NCBI GenBank assembly: GCA_033442325.1
Contig: JAWQFM010000013.1
Span: forward strand, 1,713,846 to 1,733,015
DNA from: Salpingoeca rosetta
Lineage: Eukaryota; Protista; Choanoflagellata
Length of the DNA: 19,170 nt
Reading direction: 5' to 3'
In this document: piece after piece, positions 9,368 to 19,170 of the stretch
How positions within the stretch are numbered: the first letter of the stretch is position 1
Layout: every line of letters starts with the position of its first letter
Program-made: the position numbers and the translations under genes
The notes under the pieces: generated by a model
Told to the model about the DNA's origin: nothing
Database searches by the model: none
What the model saw: only the letters and a program-made list of their open reading frames with translations

Positions 9368-10367
9368 ACGAAGCAGGCGTCACGTCAACGATCCCCAGGT
9401 GAGCCAACACACATCATGCCCACTGTTCCTTCCTCGACTTCTTCTTCTTCTTCTTGGGCACTATTCGTTCGCTCCATGCGTCACGCAACCAAGTACGTGA
9501 ACGTGGGACGCGGTGTCCTGTTTGTGGTGGCGGTGCTGTCGGTTGTTGCTGTTGCTGTCTTGTTGTGGGTGTGGGTGTGGACTCCCTTCTTTCCTTCTTC
9601 TTGTGGCACAAGGATGTGTGCAGGGGGCTGTGGGTCTGCTGAAAGTGGTGGTTTCGTCGTCGTCAGGTCGTCGTTGTTGTGCTTGGCTAACGTGAACATG
9701 TGTGCTGTTCTCTTGTGGTTGGACAAGGCAGTGGCCTGCAGAAACAATGCCCCTTAGAGTGCACTGGCAACACGTGCCGCTGACATACGCACACCACAAG
9801 GCAAGCGTGTTATTCACGGCCACCTGCGAGGTGGGTGCAATCACGCCTCCGCTCTGTGTGTGTTGTGCGTGTGTGTGTGTGTGTGTATCAGTGCACGGTG
9901 GTGATCCGATTTCCAAACCACAGTCCCTGCTGTCACTGCTGCTGTCTTGCTGCTGCTGGTGCTGCTGCTGTTGGCACGTGTGTTCTCACGGATGCATCGT
10001 CTCTTCCTCCCACGCAAACAACAAACAGACAGGAATCCGCAAGTGAGAGTGGCGGAGACCAAGGCACCAGCAATACAGAAGGCCACCTTTGAGTGGGACG
10101 CACCTCCAGAGCGGTACCGGAGCGAGCAATCACAGCATTTGCGCTGACATCGGTCAGTCTTCTCTCGTGGTCACACATCATTCATCCCCCAGCTTGCAAT
10201 CAAGTCAGTTCACATGGCATACACGCTGTAGGTGCTCATCACCTGCCCCATGCACACGTGGTTTTCACGCACACACCCCACAGCAGCCCGCTTGCGTGGC
10301 ATCATCTCGCTGGACATGAGTGTTGGGGATGATGATGGCATGCCCACGTCGCAGCATGACAGTGAGC

Positions 10368-10370
<3 letters not shown>

Positions 10371-10433
<63 letters not shown>
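10371..10433. repeat. (GT)n microsatellite, intronic
   Basis: Direct reading; similar tracts at 11059-11111 and 12954-13012. Confidence 0.9.
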
Positions 10434-10435
<2 letters not shown>

Positions 10436-11054
10436 TCTCATTACGCTCGGCAACCGTGTGATGACGGCTTATCACTCCTGCGCACATTCCCTCGCTCACT
10501 GCAACACCCATCTCGCCACCGTTAACGACCAGGTTGCCATCCACTGGATGCCCTTGATTGCGTCGATGGAGCAGAGTGTTGGTGACATTGGCAAGGTGCT
10601 GCTCATGGCGGGACAGAGCGACTGCTTTCAAAGGTATGCGCACACTGTATGTGTAAGCGTGTGTGCATATGTGACGTCGACGTGTTTATTCTGCCATGCG
10701 TCTGCTGTCTGTTATTCGTGTGCCATCGTTTGATCTTGAGCTACGATGTATTGCCCTAATCTCTGTTCCTCGTGCGTGTTTGGGCCACAGAGTAGGCCTT
10801 CAGCTGAAGAGAGGAAGGGGGACGCTGCTCCGGCACAAGGATGATGGTGACATGAGGTGCAACCACCAAATTGTGTTGTTGTTGCGGGTGCATTGCCGCC
10901 GACGCTGCTGCTGCTGCTGCTGCTGCTGGTGTGTACCTGCACACACTGAACCACTCATCACTCGCTATCGTCTTGCAATCCTTCTGTGCGGCTCTCTTCA
11001 CGGCTTCGTCTCTACAGCTTTATGTCTGCCAAAGAGAATGAACTCTTTGACACA

Positions 11055-11114
<60 letters not shown>

Positions 11115-12951
11115 CGGTTCGTTGCAGATATCTCCCAACACTCCTCCCATCCCCTTTCATCCGCGCGCCTCACCACACAACAAACGCACCCATCGTCTCG
11201 ACCACAACCACCACTGTTAACAGGACGCACTGCACCGAGATGCCGCTGCACTATCGCACTGCCAATGGCGGTCCTGATGTCAGCGATGACCGCACGGCAT
11301 ATCCATCGATCCTCGCACGTGCCCATCGTTCAAGGTGAAGACCCACCAACACAGCAACAGCAACAGCAACGGCGTGGAATGGAGTGCAATGGAAGCATGA
11401 TGACCTCACACTCTCTGTTTGCGTGTGTGTTATGATTGCGTGTTCATGCGTGCGTGCATCTATGGCAGGTGTACGTGTACCGTCTGACTGCTGACGAAGA
11501 GGCCGTCCCTGCCAGCCATCTACCGCGCCATCCGAACCGCCATCCTTGACGGCCGTACAGCACCGATGACCTGTCCAAGGCTTACCTCTTCGTTCCAAGC
11601 ACAGACGTGTCGTGCTGGTGTGAAGGTGTGTGTGTGTATGTGTGTATGTGTGTGATTGTGTGTGTATGTGTGTGTGTGTGTGTGTGTCGCGTCGGTGCAG
11701 ATGCGCGGGCTTCCACAGCAGTCACCATCCCCGCCACCACCTCACAACTGTGCGTGCGTGCTTGTGACTGAAAGATTTCATGCACGGCACGTACTCTGGC
11801 AACATTGAGTCGATTCATCCCGTGAGCGCAGCCATCGAGCGCAATCTCTCCAGCTGAGGTGGTGGTTTGTTGTTGCTTGTGGTGCTTGTGGTGCTGGTGG
11901 TCCGTGTGGATTGTGGTATCTTGCGTGTGAGAGGACCTGCGCTCATGGATGTCTTCCAAACACACACGCTCACATGCTCACATGTGTTGATACATGCCAG
12001 ACTTGCGTATTGGAACGAGGGCCGCTATCATATCCTGTTTTGAGTACAGTGACGCACCATGTCTCCCCTGGGATGCAGAACACGGCATTCTTGCAAAAGT
12101 ACAATGTGCGTGTGTGTGTGTGTTGGAACATGACTGTGCGTGCCTGCGCTCACCATCGACGACTGCTGTTGCTTACACTTCACCAATGCCGCCTTGTTTC
12201 TCATCACCACCTGCATCAGGTTGGCCTAAGCGAATTCCACCACCGTGACGGCCTCGATGTGTCCATGCCACTCTTCTCCATGGTGACATTCATTCATTCA
12301 AACCGGAGCAGCGACGCTTTCCGCCCGCACAAACAGGAAATACCTCGTCACCTTCAGGTGTGTGCATGTGTTGCCCGTGTTGTGACGTGGTGCGATGTGA
12401 GGTGTGATGTTCACTGCTGCTGCGAGGTTTTGAGGGGTTGGTGTGGCTCACTGCACCACCATTCGCGCTGCAACCTCACTTCAAACCTGTTGTGGTGCCG
12501 CTGCTTGACGTGTGTCTTCTTTCGCTGTGGTGCAGAGACACCAACCAAGTCTGCTCGCTCTGATGCCATGCGCAACCACCTCCCCAAGCTTCACAACCGC
12601 AGGTGTGTTGTGCTACGCGTGCGAGTGTTGTGTGTTATCGTGTGTTTTGTGTGGCCCGTGCGTTGCCTCGGGGTCAGCTGGTTTTGGTGCTGTGTGTGTG
12701 CCTGTCTGGATCCACCTCACACACGCACACACATCGTCTCTTTGTACGTTTGCTTGTGCGTTTGCAGGGACATTGTGTTGGTGTGCGCGTGCCGGTGGTT
12801 TGGCGAAGCGCGAATGGGCCGAGAGGGGAAGGTTGGATATGACCCCTCGTGTAAGCAGGCAGAAGAAGAGTTCAACAAGTACACGTGCACGGATCTGGCG
12901 CTGAAGACCAAGTTTGGGCTCATCGTGGATGGATTTGGCTACCACTCCTTC

Positions 12952-13013
<62 letters not shown>

Positions 13014-13430
13014 TTGTGTGTTGCAGACGATTTCGGTCCTGTTTGTGCTCTTACCCACCTTCCACCTCCCGCCACCCCCTTTCATGCCTCATAGATCATG
13101 GCTGCGGGTGCCATACCCGTCATTGTCGTCGATCACTACGTGCTGGTGCGTATGGATGGATTATATTGTGTGTGTGTGTGTGTGTGTGTGTGTACCCCTC
13201 CCGTCGCTCATGGTGCTGTGATGTGATGGGTTGGTGTTTGCTTTTTGCGCGCTTGCAGCCCTACCAGGACCTGCTGGACTGGGAGACGTTCAGCACTCGC
13301 ATTCCCCGAGCACAGGCTCCTCGAGGTGTGGTGACAGATCGGTGACATGGGGATGTGAAGTTATGCTTGAGGGGTGCTTTGGTTTTTGATGGGGATTGTG
13401 TTTGGTGATGGCTTGCATGTCACGTTGCTT

Positions 13431-13445
13431 ACACACACACACACA

Positions 13446-13525
<80 letters not shown>
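13431..13525. repeat. (CA)n microsatellite, intronic
   Basis: Direct reading. Confidence 0.9.
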
Positions 13526-13526
<1 letters not shown>

Positions 13527-13829
13527 CTGTGTTCAGCTTCCGATAATCCTGCGGTCGATCCCTGATGAGGTGGTGGAGATGATGCATAGACGCGTTGCGT
13601 TTGTGTTTGAGGAGTTCTTCAAGCCAAGTGCACACAGGTGAGGGAGCGAGTCATTGGGACAAGGAGTTGTCGGGTGAGTGTGGGGACGTTTGTGGTGTGG
13701 TGTGTGCGTTGCTCACTTGTTCTCGTGTCCGTTCAACCACCCTCACCATCTGCCAACTCGTGTGCTATTTGCTACTGTCAGCACTGGAGTCTGCCAGGAT
13801 CAACCTGTTCAGCGGCGACAACGCGTGGC

Positions 13830-13866
<37 letters not shown>

Positions 13867-15935
13867 GACGTGCGTGTTCTCTTCTCCATCCATCCACCCA
13901 CACGCCATCACCACCTCCTCATGTTCTTGTGTGTTTGCTCACCTCCTTCCCTCTCCCTCCTCAACACCATCACCACCACCCTCCACACGTGCTCGTTTCC
14001 CCTTCCTTCTTTCTGCTGTCGCCACACATAGGGCCCTTGAGCCAGCAGCTGTCACCCCTAACCACCACTGCTCTGGCGGGATGAACAGACGGGCGCTGCC
14101 ATGTGATGACCATCCAGCCACGCTTGTGCGATTGCGGAAGCAGCAACACCAACTCACACCGCAAAGCAAGCAAGCGATGAACAACGTGAGTGCATCATTG
14201 CACGTGTGTGTGTGTGTGTATGATGCGCACATCACCAGTGTGCGTGTTTTGTGGTCGCTGTCTCTGCTGCTCCTGCCTCCCCTTGTTGTCCCACATCAAT
14301 GTGCATGCATGTGTGTGGTGTGGCTGCCTGTTTTGCCTTGCTTGCTGCGCTGTCTCATTCGTCGTTCTCACACAAAACTGGCTGCACACCTGCACATTCT
14401 CCAGCTTGCAGTCACTGCTCGTCTTTCCCTCTCTTTCACGCCCTCCCTGACGGCCATCACAACAACAACAGCAGCAGCAGCAGCCAACACACCCTCCACC
14501 GCCGATGCAGCAGCAGCAGAGGATGCACCACCACCACCACTTGCTGCTGAACACATCCAACCAACCAACCAACCAGGCAACCAACCAAGCCATCGCCCAC
14601 GGGAGCTGGCTGCCTGCTGCTGGTAACAGGTGGCGACAGCACAAGTTGCATTTTCGGTTGGCAGCAGCAGCAGAGGTGAGGGCGAGAAGAGGAGGGAAAA
14701 CGGAGGGGAGATGCGTTGGCTGGATGGATGGATGAATGAGGTGGGGGTGGGGGATGCTGGGTGAGTGTGGTGTGGTGTGGTGTGGTGTGGCTGGTGACAG
14801 AGGACGATGGTGGTGGTGTGAGGAAGAGGGATGGATGGATGGATGGGGTGCAGCATGTCTTGTTCCTCCCCTTTTGTTTTCTATTGTCTCTCTCTCTTCC
14901 CTTTCTTCTTCACACACATGCACGCACAACACCAGCAGTGGCAGCAGCAGTGTGGCTGCGCACATATCCATGCTCCCTCTTTCCCTCTCACTCACTCACC
15001 GTGCTGGTACTCGCACACAAGCACTCTTACAGGCGATGCACACTTATAGGCAGGATGAGGGAAATGTCGAGGATACTTCCCACGCGTGCCAGGTGCACTC
15101 GCCTCACACATGGTATGTGGGTGGTGATGAGTGGTTGGTTGGTTGTGATAGAGTGTGGGGATGGGGTTGTGGTGATGGGGTGAAGCGAACAAGAGGAAGA
15201 AGGGTTGATGGGGGATGATGATCACGCACCGACACACACACGCACGCGCACACGTGGTGTGTGTGATGTCAATCACACTTTCTGCTGTGCTGACGTGATG
15301 GCTTGCTCTGTGCCTGTTGTGTTCTGTTCCCATCCATGGTGCCTGCAACCACACACACACACACACATGCACATAAACACAGGTGGTGAGGTACCAGCAC
15401 ACATCACATGGAAGGGGGCTCCCATGCCGGCTGCTGCTGCTACGACTCCCCCGATTCGGCTGCCGTTGCTGTGCTCATGCAGTGTTCCCACATGTGAGCA
15501 AGGTGAGCCATCATGGATGCTTTGGTTGGCACATGACGCATGTGTTGGTGCTGTTGCTGCGTGTGCTTGGTGTTGCTGCTGTGGGTGTCTCGTGCACCAG
15601 TGTAGCTGTGCAGCTCACATGTCATGTACGTGTGTGTATGCTTGTGGCCGCAGGGGGGCGACTGCCTGAGGATCGTTGGAGGATGATGGGCGGTGCACAC
15701 ATGATGGGTTGGGAGCAGCAGCTGTGGACACACACGTCCATGGTCATGGGGGGCACATCCAACCACAGCGACGCAGTCATGCGCAGGTGTGCGTGTGTGT
15801 GGTGGGGCGAGGAGGAGGAAAGCAGAGGAGGGACAGGAAGGTGAACACGCCTGCTGTGCTCACATGCCATACCCGTGCCTCGTGTGTGATGATGTCGTTG
15901 TGTCTTGTCGTTGTGTGTTGGTTGCATGGGCACCA

Positions 15936-17323
15936 GGGCCACATCAGAGGAGGGGAAAGCAGCCGCCATGAATGCCACATCCTCAACCCTTCCCCATTTC
16001 GCTCTCCTTTCTCTCCTCTTCCACCTAAGCTCCGCTCTCACCACCGCCATCACCGCCATTGCCATCGACCGCACAGCCGCCATCACACTCCGGCCGACAC
16101 CAGCCCCAATCTGGCGTGAGGCAGACCTTGCACATGTCACTCGCTCTCATCAAGAGGTGAGCAATGTGTGTGTGTGTGCGTGTGGATGTGTGTCAATGCT
16201 TGTGGTTGGATGGGGATGGCGTGTGGTTAATGGTGCTTCGCTGTCAACCTCACCCCCCCCTGCATTCTCTCCCATCTTGTGTCTGTGCACACGCATGATC
16301 TCAGCGTTGAGGAGGCGCATGAAGCGGTGGAACCAACGACGATGACGATGACGAGTGATGCAGGTGAGAGGCCGACTGAGATGTGTGTGTGTGTATGGTT
16401 GACACGCTGTGTTCCCTTCTTCGCCTCCCTCTTTCCTTGTCTGTTCTGTCCACTCATGTGTCTTTTGTTCCCCCTTTTTTTTGATTGATTTGGACACAAG
16501 GACATGCATTCTGACTCCATCCAACCGACCAACCAAACAGCCGAGCGAGCGAGCAAATGGACACAACGTGGCAAGGGGCCGTTTTGTTTTCACCGTTTCC
16601 ACCATCAACACCAACAGCAACAGCTGATGGCTGGCTGCATTTTGGATGAATTGGCCCTCTGCCTCTCGTCCATCTCCTGCTCCTCCTCGTCGTCATTGGT
16701 CACCAACAGCAGCGACTGCGACCATGGATGTGGAGGTGAGATGAATGGGTGGGGGTGTTGGTGACGTGGGTGGCGTGTGATGTGTTGGGTGTGAACACCA
16801 GCATGTGTGTGTGCGTGTGATTGTGAGGTGTAGGTTGGATGTCGTTGGGTCTGTTGGTGGTGGCAATGGGCGTTGTTGTCGTTGACAACCTGATTCTGTG
16901 ACAACTCACCTCTTTCTCCACGCACACACACAGGGTGTGATGTGCGTCGATGTGCCGTTGCCTCGGGTGACGATGACGATGGTGGTGGTGAGTGATTTGT
17001 GGTGGATGTACGTGGCGCACGCACACGCATGTGCAGATGTGATGCTTGTAGTGGTGGTGGTGGTGGTGGGGGTGTGGGGATGTGACATGTGCGTGCACAG
17101 GTGGTGATGTGGGTGATGTGAATGAGGCACAAGGAGGTGGATGTGGTTTGTTTCTGCCATGCTGGCTCACTTCGTGGTGTGATTCTTGCTGATTTTGTTG
17201 TTTGTGCTTGCGCATGTGTGCATGTGTGTGATTTACACAGGACGGTGGCCGTTCTCTTCCCAAGCCCTCATGACACGAGCAGGGCGATACACGCACACAC
17301 ATGTGCAAGAAAAAACGGCACCA
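15936..17323 (+). other. Possible degenerate exon remnants of an unidentified gene
   Basis: Several AG...GTGAG-bounded segments ending at ~16156, ~16363, ~16735 and ~17323. One reads MNATSSTLPHFALLSLLFHLSSA (signal-peptide-like). No recognisable family or consistent frame. Confidence 0.2.
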
Positions 17324-17354
17324 GGTGAGACGTTGGGGCTGTGTGTGTGTGTGT

Positions 17355-17393
<39 letters not shown>

Positions 17394-19170
17394 GTGATGG
17401 GGTGGTAGTACACATTCGTACGCACATACGCACGCACGTACACGCATGTACACATGCATGCCAACACCAGAGCAGTCATTGGCTGTGGGGTGGTTGCACT
17501 GACGTGCGTCTCACATGAATCAATCACACAACTCAAATGTGCGTGTGTGCGTGTGCGTGGCTGCAGACGGACGTGTGCGGGTTTCCCCAACCGAAATTTC
17601 CTTCCCCCTTTCCAGCCAATCGTCTTTGCTCTGTGTCGTCATCATCATCAGCCTTCCCCATGTGATGTGGAGCTGTTGAGGCGTGATTGAGACTGCGGCC
17701 AACACAGGTATTTCAGCAGTGGCGGATGTGGTGGATGTGGTGTGCCTGCTTGCCTGCTTGTTGGGTGCTTGCTTCGTCGTTCTTGTGTGTATCTGGTTCA
17801 CCCGCCCACAACATGCTGCATATTCCCATGCGTGGTCCCTTGTGTCCCTCCTTTCCTGTCCTCACCATCACCGGTCATTGTTCGTCTTTGGTTGGTTTCT
17901 TCTTGCCTCACAGGCACGCAGGGCAAGCAGGCATGCAAGCTTGTGCTGCTGGTGGTTGTGATGATGGCCGTGCGCGCGCCTGTGCGCTGTGCACCGTGTT
18001 TGGGCTGCACCGATGCGGACAAGGAAGGACACGGCCCGTGCCCACCACTCTTCCCCCTTCATCTCCTCTTTCTGCTCCATCAGCGATGACGATGGTGGCC
18101 GTGGCATGTGATTGCGGTTCCCTTTTTCTGGCTTCGCTGTGGCACATTGGCTGGCTGGCTGGCTGCATCAAGCACAGGTGAGGATGACCGTTGGCGGCTG
18201 GTTGCTTGGTTGGTTGGGTTGTGTCGAGTGGTGGGAGCAGGGGGGGAGGGAAGTGACACGGTGATGGTGATGGTGGTGGTGGTGATGGGGCGACGTGGAA
18301 ATGCAGAGCAGAGGAGGGAGAGGGAGAGGGAAATGATTTGAGGGCGATGATGTTGGTTGGGGGATGAGGGGTGCGTGTGCACATGCACGTGATGTCGTGT
18401 GGTGGTAATATCACATGACAATGACACACATATCAGTGGCTCATTCCTTTTGCTTGCACCTGCGCACCTGTTTGTGATTGTGATGATGACTGCAGCAGGC
18501 AACACACGGCGGTTGATGCTGGATTGGATTGGCTGGGGTTGACTGGCCATCGTGTCGTGTCGCCCATTTCTCTCTCTTCGTTGCTCATCTCAACTGGGAA
18601 CACACACAGCGATGTGTGTATGTGTGCGTGTACATGCGTGTGCGTCGCCATCAACCACGCCGACAGCGACACGATGCACGAGGTGAGGGCACGCAATGGT
18701 GTGCGTGTGTTTGGTGGAAGAGGGATGAGGGAAAGTTGGGAGGAAGGCGTTCATCATGGCCATCATCACCACTACCACGGCTGTGCACCTGGTCATGTGA
18801 CCGTGCATATGGGGGGATGGAGATGAGGGGAGAGATGTTGTCGTTGTGGTTATGGTGGTTGTGTTTTGCATTGTTATGTATGCGTGTGCATGGTGCACCG
18901 TCTCACTCTGCAATGCCATGTCTGACTGTGTGTGTGTGTGTGTGACTGCAGATGTGCGTGTGCGCATATGTCGGGCAGATGCGTTGATCGACGACGAGGT
19001 GTGTGTGATTGCGTGTGTGGTTGACCTTTGTGTCCTTGTGCCATCACACACAACGCACAACACCAAGCACATCATCATCATTCCACCTCGTGTGTAGTTG
19101 TTGTTCACTCATGCATGGCGTGCTCACATCCACCCCCTCCCCTTGCTTCTTCTCCTTCCTCCTCTTCTCT

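Larger units (their letters stand above)
9476..13831 (+). pseudogene. Exostosin-family (GT47, EXT1/EXT2-like) glycosyltransferase, multi-exon, disrupted by frameshifts and stops. Best-supported exons: 11224-11334, 11469-11625, 11775-11858, 12001-12098, 12220-12357, 12536-12602, 12768-12953, 13095-13145, 13259-13325, 13537-13637, 13782-13831. Probable upstream exons: 10533-10633, 10791-10856, 11018-11054. Start is tentative
   Basis: Motifs collinear with the EXT1 GT47 domain (compared from memory): CPSFK|VYVY, PYSTDDLSKAYLFVPS, YWNEGRYHILF, ILAK|VGLSEFHHRDGLDVSMPLF, RKYLVTFR, SDAMRNHLPKLHN, TKFGLIVDGFGYHSFR, MAAGAIPVIV, PYQDLLDW, LPIILRSIP..VFEEFF. Borders are GT-AG. Indels at ~11508, ~11553, ~11850, 12038-41, ~12300-12330 and 13304-07; in-frame TGA at 11547-11549. 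Possible type II signal anchor from ATG 9476 (GVLFVVAVLSVVAVAVLLWVWVW). Confidence 0.8.

Noticed and set aside
11911-13221. 436-aa single-exon ORF
   Set aside because: It reads through GT-rich introns (CVCV runs); only the embedded GT47 exons are meaningful.
13595-14995. 343-aa and 266-aa ORFs
   Set aside because: Stop-poor low-complexity and intronic sequence without family motifs.

Overview
Eukaryotic, intron-rich, (CA)n/(GT)n-saturated DNA. It resembles the choanoflagellate Salpingoeca rosetta genome; this is inferred from composition and intron style, not from a search. From left to right: (1) The 5' part of a minus-strand leucine-rich-repeat gene (RI/NLRC3-like 28-aa LRRs). Each LRR is one 84-nt phase-2 exon inside a ~268-bp tandem exon+intron unit, with variation concentrated at the LxxLxLxxN residues and one demonstrably mosaic intron. 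(2) A frameshifted, internally deleted importin-5-like pseudogene (3060-4521, -). (3) A recent, internally deleted Ty1/copia LTR retrotransposon (6737-9055) with 362-bp LTRs identical by eye, a 5-bp TSD (AAATC), RT-RNaseH only, a primer-binding site matching the anticodon arm of an elongator-type tRNA-Met, and a duplicated U5-PBS junction. (4) A multi-exon exostosin (GT47, EXT1/2-like) gene broken by many 1-nt indels (~9476-13831, +). (5) About 5 kb of low-complexity DNA with only weak exon-like remnants. Most ORFs in the supplied track are microsatellite or intron artefacts.
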